Part shown: positions 55,501 through 64,000 of the stretch, in pieces | Position numbering within the stretch: the stretch's first letter is position 1 | How the letters are laid out: every line of letters begins with the position of its first letter | IMG/VR virus record: IMGVR_UViG_3300025096_002738 | Span: 17,162 to 81,161 of that record | Source: a virus | Direction: 5' to 3' (one strand) | Length of the DNA stretch: 64,000 nucleotides | Position numbers and translations under genes: made by a program | Notes under the pieces: model-generated | The model's database searches: none | The model's input: the letters and a program-made list of their open reading frames with translations, nothing else | Told to the model about the DNA's origin: nothing

Positions 55501-58500
55501 CGACGTCGTCACCACGCGCCTGACAAACACATTTAGAGCATTGACGCCTGAAGAAGCTGTCGGATCCGACATGATCCAGATCTTAAGTGAAGACGATACG
55601 CTCTTTGAGGTCCTGGAAACTGTACCGGACTACGTCTTTACTTTAGAGAAGAGTTTATATCAGGCTCTTTCCGAAGAGATGATGAACTTCTTGGCTGGCG
55701 TTGGCGACTTCAATAACTTAGTAGGCGAACCAGTTAACCGTTATCGCTCTCGCTACAAGAACATAGAGAAGCTCCGCGAGATGTTCTTCCGAAGAGTGTC
55801 GGATGTCGCGACCGTCGAAAAGTTCATGGACTACTACAAGTGGTTTGATTCAGGACTAAGTCACATTCTAGCACAGATGATACCTGCATCGGCTGACTTT
55901 TCTCCCGATTTGTTCAACGTTATTGAAAGCCACGTTTTGGAGCGCCCAAAGTATGAAACCAAGTTCCCTACTTTGGAGGCTCTTGCCGAAGACCCATCAG
56001 GTCAGGCTGAGGGCGAAAGTGGAAGAAGTTACCCTGGTCACCTCGGAGCCTCTCCGCTCCCTTCCTCTCCACGAAACACAACTATTCGTATTCCTTACTG
56101 GAAACAACGCGCTAACCGAACCGATACCGAAATTAGTTCCGGCGATGCAGTAATCGATGCGCAGAGAGAGACATTTAGAAAGGTCATCAACTCTGTGCCA
56201 ACGCTCAGCAGTAGCGCGACTATTGTTACATCCGATAGCCAGCAGGTTGGATATAACACATTCCAGAAGGCTGCTTTCGGAAAACAATACAGTGTTGTTA
56301 TAAAGGATCCAGTTGCTCCAAGCGCACTAGTCAAGGGTGGCGTAAACTTTCCCCCCACAAAAAAGATTGATTATACTTACAATGCGCTCCGCCCCTTTGG
56401 GCCGGTTAACCAAGATCTTAGTGCATACGTCCCAGAAAACGTACTTGTCTCGTTCGTAGATGAATTCGATCAGATTCCGATCAATAATGATCCCTCATCA
56501 GATCCTTCAGCGAAAGTTATGAGAACTGTTAGAGTTCAGCATGGTCGCGATTATGAGCAGGGTATTGGATACTCCAACGTCAAATCTACAATGGCGTTTC
56601 CTTTCAACATTGTTAGCGCATCAGTCGGCGCCGGATACAATGCGCTCATTAACAACAGCATCAACGGCACAAATGTACATGTAAACATCGTAAACCTGCA
56701 CAACGATGTTTATGGCCCCGATATGGAACATCCGATGCAGGGTCCATTCACTGAGTACGCTGTTGGTGGCCACCAGTCCCGCCACATCTCTCTTAATAGC
56801 GGCCCCACTCTTGATACCTATCTTACACGGCCCGAAGGATGGCTGCTTCTTTTAGGACAGCAGTTCAACATTACTGGCGCCATCGGCATGACCGGTCCAG
56901 ATTATCCTTATCCTGAAGCCAACGCTCTAGGAGTAGAGCCTTATCCTCTTACTGGTACCCTAAAAGCATATCTCTACCGCGACTTTGTTGCAAAGAGCCC
57001 GGTGAACATCAAAAACATACAGCTTCGCACTGGCTCAACTATCCTTGGCAACTATCGCCAGAACTACGATGTGGTGATGACGAACGGCGCCTACGCCAAC
57101 CCTCGCCATTTCATCGACAATCAGCCCACACTGCCTTCGCAGGTGGTCCAAGGACCCACGACGGGGGCAACCTCCGTAAGGACGCTCCTGAGCCTTCCTA
57201 GGGCCACTAACGCGCACTTTCAGTTTGTAGACGATTACTCTATTGGATATCTTACCGGAACCAACAATCAGACAGTAATAAGAGGTATATTCTCCGCACC
57301 CGGAGGAATGGACACTCTCACCCCCGGCTATCAGGATTTCCGTGCCGGCGAATACTCAGTCTACAACGCTCTCAACTACAGAAACCTATCGGTCAAGGGT
57401 CTGTCTCAGCCTTCTAATGTGTCTCAGTCGCAGGTGTTTGGTTCTGAGCCTGTCCAGAAGCGCGTCTACGACATACATGGTAAAGATTATGGTTTGCAGC
57501 CGCTACGTTCTCGTCACGCCGAGCGGTTCTTCCGAGATTCACTCTTCCAGACTAGTCCCGGCGCCAGTTATGAACAGTTGCCATCTTTCCAGAAGAATCA
57601 CCGCAACAACATAACAAGACTTGCGATAAATGCCGATGAGACTTACTCTTCTAGCTCGCTCTACGATAACGCTTTTGTTTCTCACCAGATCCCCCGGTCT
57701 ACACAGCAGTATGCCTGGATTAATGGAAATGTAGTTGCCGGCAATAACATTTACGGTTTTGCTCCGACAGATTTCTTCTTGAGTGATTCTCTTGGCATGC
57801 GAGAAGCCTATAACTGGGTCACAGCTAGTGATTTTGGTTCTTTCCTCAATGCATCGGGCAACAGAATATTTGGACTAGCACAAGCCACCGCCCTTAGCTC
57901 TCCACGACTCCCGGCCTCTTTTGTGCCAGTAGATTTTATCGGCTTAAACACCAATATCGTTCATTATATAACAAAATCGGATAACGTAGTTGGCCTGGAT
58001 CCCACTGGAGCCGGCCTTGGTTATGTAAATAGTGATTTTTCACCCACTCTTGTTGGGACTCGTACTGCAACAAACGCGGCAATGCTAAACAACCTTTTGC
58101 TTAGTCGTAATGGACCTTATGGGTTTCCCACTTGGCAACAGGTGCGCAATGCGGACAACCCCATTTTGAGAGCAGAGCGCTCCGACAACATCCTATCGTT
58201 GCGGGATACCAATGGCCAGGGCACTACCAGATATGATATGCCCCCCGTTAGCTTGCGAGGGCGCCCAATCTACCTAAACATTGACACGACAGTCTCCGCA
58301 AAAAACGTGCAAAATTACACGCTCCAGGCCGAGTTTGACAATGAGAGAATATATTTCAACACTAACGAGCTTAACGATCGGTTCGATATTCACCTAGATA
58401 GCTTCACTACGCCATATCAGCAGTTGGTTGATATTACCAAGGGTGCCCGCTACCGTTTGAATTGGGTTCTTTACGCAGAAAACGTTTTCCCATCACAGCG

Positions 58501-61500
58501 TAACGAGTTCTTGACGCGAACTAGCGAGCGCACAGGATATACCAACAATTTCTGGAGGGCAGCGCGAACAGATCGAAACACTACCGGCGCCAACTCCTGG
58601 GGCGCCCGGATGACGGGCTATGCGATCTCACAGAGCGTGTTCGTTCTTGACGCACCATTTGGATTCTTGACCCGGTCAGCGCCCCCAAACACTGTGTCTT
58701 CTTCACTCGACGGTCCCATAAGAAGGAGTTACTTCCTTAGCGGCAACGCCGGCGAGCTACAAAACACATACACCACTTACTACACCGGTTCACAATATCC
58801 TGGTACCCAGCCCGAACGCGCGAACAAGCATGCTGTCGGCGCTCTCTACAGTCGTAAACAGACAATCGGAAGTCCCCGCTCTGTCATTAATCCGACCGCC
58901 TTTGCGATCCCGGAAACAGGCAGTTCGGTTACATGGAACAACTTCCTTGAAGGGGCAAGACAGATAGAAGTATTCGGCGGAGAAGCTGAATGGGAAGCTG
59001 GCACCGGCGCCGGAATCATCAATAACCAGAACGGCACAGCTAGCTTCGTGTCTCACCCAAGCGAGCCGTGGTTCGATCAATACAGTGATTACAAGGAAGA
59101 TCTGCAACTTAAGGCTCGCGGCTACTCTATCGTTCCCGAATTCAGAATCAGCGAGAACCTTAGAGACTATGTGCGCGGCGGTATATATAACTCAGGCAAG
59201 ACCAACGACTTTGAAATCGTCGGAACTGCAATCCGCAGCGATTCGTCGTCCTTCTACAGAGATTACTCAAACTCAGAGTTCTTACAGAGCTTTAAGCAGA
59301 TCCAAAGTGACACTTCACTGGATGCATCTGAGATACGTCTAGTGTGCTCTGCGGCTATTCGCCTCAACCCCTACAAGGGCTTCTATCCTGCCCAGCGTAG
59401 TATCCAACTAGTCGAGCAGTTTGTCGATTCCTACAGGCCGATGATGAAGACGGTATTGGCTGGTAATACTCCAAGAGATATTCAAGACCCCACCAACACA
59501 TCATATGGCGTCAATCGTATTATTGCTTCTGCGATATCTTCTCCTGGAATCCTTTATAACACCATCAAGAGCGGAATCGCTGTGGATTATCCGGTTATCT
59601 CGAATACTCAAAGAGTCTTCCCGGCGCTAATGTCCTCCTCCGCAGGTCGAAAAGCACAGAATAACTGGCTCATGGTCTCTAAGCTTGGCCTTGAGGGTCG
59701 ACCCATCGAACAGGATTTGACTTCTAGCACTTGGGATGCTCGCCTTCCATTCGAGACAATCATGTACCCGGATAAATACATGGTCGGTGTTGATATTACT
59801 GATTGGGAATCCCACCCAAGTTGCTCTTTCCACGATTTCGGTGATGAAGACCGAAGCATTACTATGACTATGATGGGTACCCCCGCGGCAGATCTATACT
59901 CCAGAATGAGTAAGAACTTCTTCGGCGCCGTTCCAGACTTCTTCCTGAAGGATTCTAATTTAACAAGGTTGGAGTCAGATGTCGTCACGGACGATCTAAA
60001 GTTTGCAGCAGGCGAAGTTTACATGGCGAGAATAAAGATCTTCCGTTCTTTGACGGGCTCTCGTGATTATTCAAATGAAATGCCAACATTTACTCAAGGC
60101 TTGCCGGCCGGACTGACTGCCTATGCTCCGTATGGTGGTCGCCCTTACTTCTTGTCAACAGATACTTGGACAACAGGCTCAGCTTACTATCCCCTCCCAC
60201 AGGACCCGATGAGAGGAAGCAGCATCAGCGGGATGTCAGAAACTTTCACAATGTACAGCCGCCCCACTGCGTTTGGAGCCCCTATCGCAGGGGTGGGTAC
60301 CGCCTCGGTGGGCGCCTACTCTTCAGGCTCAGTGTATGACAGTGTTACCGGCCACAACCCTGCCTTCACCCCTCCTTACTATGATGGAGAGGCTTGGGTT
60401 GATCTAGTCTTTAGGCCATCAGCTTCTGTTAGTTATGATCTGGAGAAGATCCTCTCCGAAACTCAAGCAGTCTACAGAAGATTTGACCCCGGTATGGCCC
60501 TCACCAGCAGTCTCGCTGGAGGGGCGACCAACACTGTGTTGATTTATGATGATATCTTCTCAGGCTCAGTGTCTACTACTTGGACCACAGCTTCGGCTGC
60601 TCCTTATTCTGGGCGCCTAATCAACAAGAACTCCATGCAAATCAGCGCCAGCATCAATCTGTTTGGGGTGGAAAATGTTCAGTTTGTAGAGAAGGACAAG
60701 TTTGGGAACGAGCTATCAGATAGAAATACTTCAATAGGCAAGAAGTGGATTATCCAGCCTAAGTTTGAAACTCCGATGCTTAACTTTAACCCGATCGGCA
60801 CCCGCGCTCTCACAAGTAGTCAAATTTCAATGCCACTATACGCCTCCTCTTCTGTCCCCCGCGGCATGTGGCACCAGTTCGGAGTTATTCCCGATGATGT
60901 GAACACCGGCGTCTTCATGCAGATCGAAGATATTCCGAGTGAATGGCTAAGGTACCACTATGAAGTAATCAATGAGCCAAGCGCCTATAACAACCAGTCT
61001 ACCAACTCTAATGTTCGTGAGCGGGTGTGGAATAGCGCGAAATCTCTATCTTCTTTGGTCGGGTTTGACAAGAAGACACCTAAGAAGCGACTTGGCGAAC
61101 TGAAGGAGAGCTTGACCATTAAAGAGGCTATCGTGGCAGTGCCTTATATTGTCACTGCGGCCGAAGCGAATACGACAGCAAGCATAACCAATGCATCTGG
61201 AAAGTCATTTATAAGCATTCCGAAGGAAAGATTTGAGGCATCATTAACAGATGTTGTAGGCACCGATCAGGGAGATTCACTAGAAACTGCCGGCATGTCA
61301 GTACGCGAGCAGATTCAGAAGATGCAGTCCTATATCATGCCTCCCCAGTTCAACTTTGTTAACGATAGGTCTGTAGATCCGGTTGTCATGTATCTTTTCG
61401 AGTTTGACTACACTTTCGACAAAGACGATCTTTCATACATTTGGCAGAACCTCGCTCCCCGCGAATACAAGAAGATGACCTTCCAGTCTGATGACGTGAG

Positions 61501-61777
61501 TCACGTATTGGCCAATAATGAGCTTCTTGATCGCGAGAACCTAGAAGATAACGAAAACTTACGCTGGATGGTCTTTAAGGTCAAACAAAGGTCCCAGTCA
61601 GACTACTTCTCTCATGTAGTAAGTCAGGCAGGTCAGGCCTCTAACGACGCCTTCCTCAAAACCCCACCCAGCCCAGAGGACGAATATCTCCAGTATAACT
61701 GGCCCTATGATTATGTTTCCTTTGTGGAACTAATTAAAATGGATACAGAAGTTCTCTTTAAGCCTGGGGGCGAATAG
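52565..61777 (+). CDS. Giant virion structural protein (3070 aa) with LamG/concanavalin-like domains
   Basis: TVEFWLK, WQHYAL, LYVNG, GSMDEFRFW (LamG3-like); AKGTEKAIRN block; Ser/Thr-rich. Confidence 0.7.
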   Translation: MSDIKNLFDSKAKYQDYQTEQEAFETVESKENATQLVVKQNTFVPQIDYSKPSRFAFFGSAELYYSGSFDKISGYYPYDGTRAEKNAFYNSLLEVDKYIFDNLYPRRNGYISLASDGWTSRVGGLVDGYGLPTTQEYITLKGGPNTGSAGSSLADQSPNAFSDAFNYGNIYADSGSMYQKAGYPSDYGKGTQLSNLRSDFDDGVTVEFWLKTGSLTPLITTQKQVIFDMWNNVATSSMSSDYGRIRIELNSAASSPITFTVQSGSATKTSTIGAGTSATDSFGDWQHYALVFENTGSLFRTRLYVNGIFNDVVATVGTVSELNSKNMMARLGSLITSPSGSAAASGAGKLSGSMDEFRFWKAARNAKQIGENWLDQVGGGTNSDVVNATLGVYYKFNAGITGETATDSVVLDYGGRVSNGVWTNYSSNGRSIDSAMVLAGAASKEYKDPVVRTNNPSYVSLRTNLLASGSNHDLNNNSMFINYAPEWVLSEHADSGNDNLKYISHICGAYFDKLYVLTQQIPKLNHANYTTASAEPLPFAQHLPQSLGLQTPDIFVDATILENLRNRDEDSFFEGELKQTQDLIYQNLYNNLAHIFKAKGTEKAIRNVLRCFNLDDSLIRFKTYTKGTTYEIKNNLKQIIVEDASLNLNKSQNIGAVVYQRVSSSNAESTGYLSASRGTAERPYGFTTEADILFPKFNKINDSIERDFTEVSLFGTVAVAQQATSSNGTDTTFLASDSANFGVYAVRDEPYSHNVSFKLSSSIGPCPIPILTSSIFSNVYDDSEWNISVRVRPSGYPYSYLVSGSMSDTYDVIFRGVNSYLGVVQNSFEVSSSIIAASGSAFLTTPKRVYCGARRWNLTGALLQKSDVIISNIKAWAKHIDNQSLDQHVYDFDNSGISASYQSISGLDNNNNYFDIWNANTLALEWNFDSVTGSDASGNFYVQDYSSGSALLRDNYGWIGDTIGYQHSGYGYGFGASSSDVVTTRLTNTFRALTPEEAVGSDMIQILSEDDTLFEVLETVPDYVFTLEKSLYQALSEEMMNFLAGVGDFNNLVGEPVNRYRSRYKNIEKLREMFFRRVSDVATVEKFMDYYKWFDSGLSHILAQMIPASADFSPDLFNVIESHVLERPKYETKFPTLEALAEDPSGQAEGESGRSYPGHLGASPLPSSPRNTTIRIPYWKQRANRTDTEISSGDAVIDAQRETFRKVINSVPTLSSSATIVTSDSQQVGYNTFQKAAFGKQYSVVIKDPVAPSALVKGGVNFPPTKKIDYTYNALRPFGPVNQDLSAYVPENVLVSFVDEFDQIPINNDPSSDPSAKVMRTVRVQHGRDYEQGIGYSNVKSTMAFPFNIVSASVGAGYNALINNSINGTNVHVNIVNLHNDVYGPDMEHPMQGPFTEYAVGGHQSRHISLNSGPTLDTYLTRPEGWLLLLGQQFNITGAIGMTGPDYPYPEANALGVEPYPLTGTLKAYLYRDFVAKSPVNIKNIQLRTGSTILGNYRQNYDVVMTNGAYANPRHFIDNQPTLPSQVVQGPTTGATSVRTLLSLPRATNAHFQFVDDYSIGYLTGTNNQTVIRGIFSAPGGMDTLTPGYQDFRAGEYSVYNALNYRNLSVKGLSQPSNVSQSQVFGSEPVQKRVYDIHGKDYGLQPLRSRHAERFFRDSLFQTSPGASYEQLPSFQKNHRNNITRLAINADETYSSSSLYDNAFVSHQIPRSTQQYAWINGNVVAGNNIYGFAPTDFFLSDSLGMREAYNWVTASDFGSFLNASGNRIFGLAQATALSSPRLPASFVPVDFIGLNTNIVHYITKSDNVVGLDPTGAGLGYVNSDFSPTLVGTRTATNAAMLNNLLLSRNGPYGFPTWQQVRNADNPILRAERSDNILSLRDTNGQGTTRYDMPPVSLRGRPIYLNIDTTVSAKNVQNYTLQAEFDNERIYFNTNELNDRFDIHLDSFTTPYQQLVDITKGARYRLNWVLYAENVFPSQRNEFLTRTSERTGYTNNFWRAARTDRNTTGANSWGARMTGYAISQSVFVLDAPFGFLTRSAPPNTVSSSLDGPIRRSYFLSGNAGELQNTYTTYYTGSQYPGTQPERANKHAVGALYSRKQTIGSPRSVINPTAFAIPETGSSVTWNNFLEGARQIEVFGGEAEWEAGTGAGIINNQNGTASFVSHPSEPWFDQYSDYKEDLQLKARGYSIVPEFRISENLRDYVRGGIYNSGKTNDFEIVGTAIRSDSSSFYRDYSNSEFLQSFKQIQSDTSLDASEIRLVCSAAIRLNPYKGFYPAQRSIQLVEQFVDSYRPMMKTVLAGNTPRDIQDPTNTSYGVNRIIASAISSPGILYNTIKSGIAVDYPVISNTQRVFPALMSSSAGRKAQNNWLMVSKLGLEGRPIEQDLTSSTWDARLPFETIMYPDKYMVGVDITDWESHPSCSFHDFGDEDRSITMTMMGTPAADLYSRMSKNFFGAVPDFFLKDSNLTRLESDVVTDDLKFAAGEVYMARIKIFRSLTGSRDYSNEMPTFTQGLPAGLTAYAPYGGRPYFLSTDTWTTGSAYYPLPQDPMRGSSISGMSETFTMYSRPTAFGAPIAGVGTASVGAYSSGSVYDSVTGHNPAFTPPYYDGEAWVDLVFRPSASVSYDLEKILSETQAVYRRFDPGMALTSSLAGGATNTVLIYDDIFSGSVSTTWTTASAAPYSGRLINKNSMQISASINLFGVENVQFVEKDKFGNELSDRNTSIGKKWIIQPKFETPMLNFNPIGTRALTSSQISMPLYASSSVPRGMWHQFGVIPDDVNTGVFMQIEDIPSEWLRYHYEVINEPSAYNNQSTNSNVRERVWNSAKSLSSLVGFDKKTPKKRLGELKESLTIKEAIVAVPYIVTAAEANTTASITNASGKSFISIPKERFEASLTDVVGTDQGDSLETAGMSVREQIQKMQSYIMPPQFNFVNDRSVDPVVMYLFEFDYTFDKDDLSYIWQNLAPREYKKMTFQSDDVSHVLANNELLDRENLEDNENLRWMVFKVKQRSQSDYFSHVVSQAGQASNDAFLKTPPSPEDEYLQYNWPYDYVSFVELIKMDTEVLFKPGGE

Positions 61778-61778
61778 A

Positions 61779-62834
61779 ATGGCAAAGTTTTTAAATAAAA
61801 AAGAACAAGTGTTCGATATTCAGTTGACGCCATTTGGCAAGCACTCCCTTTCTATTGGCTCGTTCAAGCCTGTTTACTATGCTTTCTACGATGATAATAT
61901 TCTATACGACGGTGCATACGCGGGCCTAACGGAAGGCCAAAACCAGATCCAGACCCGGATTAAAGAAGAAACACAATACATTGAAGGCTTGTCCCGCTTT
62001 ACAGACGCAGAAGATGAGCCCTTTACAGGAACTTCGGGCGCCACCGTAGAATATACTGGCTCTAGTGGTGACCTCATCGAAAGAGACGTCCCCTATTACG
62101 AAATAGATTTGACAGCTTCATTGAATGAGCCTACCAAGACTGTACTGAAATATGAAATAGGAGACGCATTTTTAGAGGGGGATCGTCAAGCTGCACCGGC
62201 GTGGAAGATTGTGTCTTTAGAAGGTCGCCTATCAGGCTCTTCACAGAAGGATTTGTTGAACGACCTGGATGTGCCGCAGGTAAACGTATCTCTAAGCTAC
62301 AATCTTAAAATTCATGAAGCGGACCCATACGGCACCTTCTTTGCAAAAAACATAGAGCACTTTATAGCAACATCTGATATTTTCGCAGACAACAAGGTCA
62401 TTAGACTGCACAGTAACGACTTTATGATGTATGGTGAAGAGATGAACACAGAATTGCTGACTGAAAACTTTGATGTTGAGGTATTTGAGGTATTGACTGG
62501 CTCAGTGCCGGCTAAAGTTAATGGAGACCCTGCCACCGATTCTTTTGTGAAGAAGCTTTTCTTAAGAGAAACTGGTCGACTACAAGATGGAATGTATCAG
62601 CCTGTAGAACCTGTTGCCCTAAACAAGGTCAACTATGATACAAATTCAGTAAAATACTATTTTGATGTTTTAGTTGATGAAGAAGTAGACAAGATTGCGG
62701 CCTGTAAGTCCGCGACGATCTTCAACAAAGACTCATATTACATTGATCTTGATTTCGATTGTGGTGATGTGATGCCAGTCGGCCAACCATTTGATATTTA
62801 TGGAGTTGTTACGGAGCCCGAGATATGTCAGTAA
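61779..62834 (+). CDS. Putative baseplate/tail structural protein
   Basis: DIQLTPFGK..YYAFYDD.I.YD N-terminal block; position in the module. Confidence 0.55.
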   Translation: MAKFLNKKEQVFDIQLTPFGKHSLSIGSFKPVYYAFYDDNILYDGAYAGLTEGQNQIQTRIKEETQYIEGLSRFTDAEDEPFTGTSGATVEYTGSSGDLIERDVPYYEIDLTASLNEPTKTVLKYEIGDAFLEGDRQAAPAWKIVSLEGRLSGSSQKDLLNDLDVPQVNVSLSYNLKIHEADPYGTFFAKNIEHFIATSDIFADNKVIRLHSNDFMMYGEEMNTELLTENFDVEVFEVLTGSVPAKVNGDPATDSFVKKLFLRETGRLQDGMYQPVEPVALNKVNYDTNSVKYYFDVLVDEEVDKIAACKSATIFNKDSYYIDLDFDCGDVMPVGQPFDIYGVVTEPEICQ

Positions 62835-64000
62835 AAGCAACAATACAAGACCAACTAAAAGGCAACCTCACCGACAAATTTGGAGACAACCTTCCTATTC
62901 CATTTATTGAAAAAGTAAAGATTGAAGGTGATGCGATTACTGTTCAGGCTGCGATATACTTCAATTTGGATTCGTACTCCTCGGACAACTTTGATTCTTT
63001 CCGCGCCGAATTGGGAGATTTGCGATTCTATGCAATGATGGCTTATGACAGGACCTACACAAACACTACCGGCTCTGATCTGGTAACTAATAACGCCTAT
63101 TCTGATATCGTTGCCGGCACAAGAGACGTCTTGTCGAACCTGGAGACCTCATATGAATATGTTCTTTATAACCCCGTCTCAAGTTATCCAGAGCTTATTG
63201 TAGACACGGGCTACCCGGCAGATAACGGTAATCTATATGATATGGGCACCCTGAGCGAATGGACTGTTGTCGACACTTACTATAACGATAGCCAACAACC
63301 CGTTAAAAAGCTAATTAACAGCGCGTCCTTCAAGCCAGAGATCTCGCTCCGAATCGATGCGACCAATGGAACTGCCATAAGATCTGCGACAGCTGCGGCC
63401 TTTGATGACACATGGGAAAACGGCTATTCCGCCACCATCATTAACGGTTTTAGCGGCAGCAGCATGATAACCAATGCCGGATTTATTACTTTCTCATCCA
63501 TTTTGGATCTAAACGACACGACTGCTAGTGATGATGATTATACTGAAGCAGACGAAGCATATGACACTGGTGACTCTATTAAGCATCTTTTCGGCTCTTT
63601 GACTTCGGATATGAACTACGTTTCGTTCTTCAAAGATGGAACCATAAACGAAACCAAACAGTTGGTCTATGTTAAGGCTAACGGAGAAATTGTTACAGAT
63701 GCCGTGCAGTCACTCAATGGTAAGTATTATGCGCCTTTTAAGATAAGTCTACCAAAAATTGTGGCTTTATTTAAGGCAGTGTCTGCTCCTCCTGTTGTAG
63801 AAGAAACACAATCAGCCTTGTCGGTAATCTTGACAGAGAGCGCAGAAGACTCCACGCTTCTTACTAAAATAAATCTTTATTTAAATACGTTTTTCGAAAA
63901 ATCGTCCGCAACCCCCATGGGTAGGTATTACCTTGATCTCCGTAAAAGATTGGCCGCCATTGATCTTCTCGTTAGAGAAGGTCCTCCCTGCACCAAGCAG
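62825..64000 (+). CDS. Putative structural protein, truncated by the window end (not in the ORF track)
   Basis: ATG 62825 overlapping the upstream stop; MSVKATIQDQLKGNLTDKFGDNLPIPFIEKV.. appears to stay open to the end of the window. Confidence 0.65.
   Translation, partial: MSVKATIQDQLKGNLTDKFGDNLPIPFIEKVKIEGDAITVQAAIYFNLDSYSSDNFDSFRAELGDLRFYAMMAYDRTYTNTTGSDLVTNNAYSDIVAGTRDVLSNLETSYEYVLYNPVSSYPELIVDTGYPADNGNLYDMGTLSEWTVVDTYYNDSQQPVKKLINSASFKPEISLRIDATNGTAIRSATAAAFDDTWENGYSATIINGFSGSSMITNAGFITFSSILDLNDTTASDDDYTEADEAYDTGDSIKHLFGSLTSDMNYVSFFKDGTINETKQLVYVKANGEIVTDAVQSLNGKYYAPFKISLPKIVALFKAVSAPPVVEETQSALSVILTESAEDSTLLTKINLYLNTFFEKSSATPMGRYYLDLRKRLAAIDLLVREGPPCTKQ

Noticed and set aside
1-64000. 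Minus-strand ORFs in the track (e.g. 7010-7642, 9650-10093, 19786-20253)
   Set aside because: All lie antisense to well-supported + strand genes, lack motifs and RBSs, and are low-complexity shadows of acidic proteins.
1-64000. Stop-codon reassignment (alternative genetic code)
   Set aside because: The standard code gives dense tiling and very long intact ORFs; TAA, TGA and TAG all end genes at coupled junctions.

Overview
A 64 kb fragment of a large, tailed (myovirus-like) bacteriophage genome, read with the standard genetic code. Genes are tightly packed and essentially all on the + strand. No database searches were run: annotations come from motifs read in the sequence. Layout from left to right: (1) 0-11 kb: mostly unknown proteins, several sharing an N-terminal 'MKLL.ENWR.[FY][LV].E' leader that resembles a T4-style capsid-targeting propeptide. 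Their cargo looks like ADP-ribosyltransferase, pyrophosphatase-like, zincin and ligase/nucleotidyltransferase domains. (2) 11-20 kb: Fis-like regulator, tmRNA (tag ANNNNHFDSVRLAA) abutting tRNA-Gly(GCC), two lipoproteins of myxobacterial type, HNH, cytidylyltransferase, PIN-PhoH and a Cas4-like nuclease, with sigma70-type promoters. (3) 20.6-38.4 kb: an approximately 18 kb sugar-nucleotide/glycosyltransferase island (GT4s, Gmd, a NeuA-like CMP transferase, two sialyltransferase-like domains, HpcH aldolase, dehydrogenases, TylF), including a truncated methyltransferase remnant. (4) 39-64 kb: a gp55-like late sigma factor followed by a baseplate/tail module (M15 peptidase, gp25- and gp6-like wedge proteins, 2164-aa and 3070-aa proteins), several members of which are rich in [ST]-[GA]-S tripeptides. 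The best candidates for undescribed systems are the leader-tagged, swappable capsid-cargo cassette; a NeuB-independent ulosonic-acid virion O-glycosylation system; and a CTAnTTA late-promoter motif paired with the phage sigma factor.
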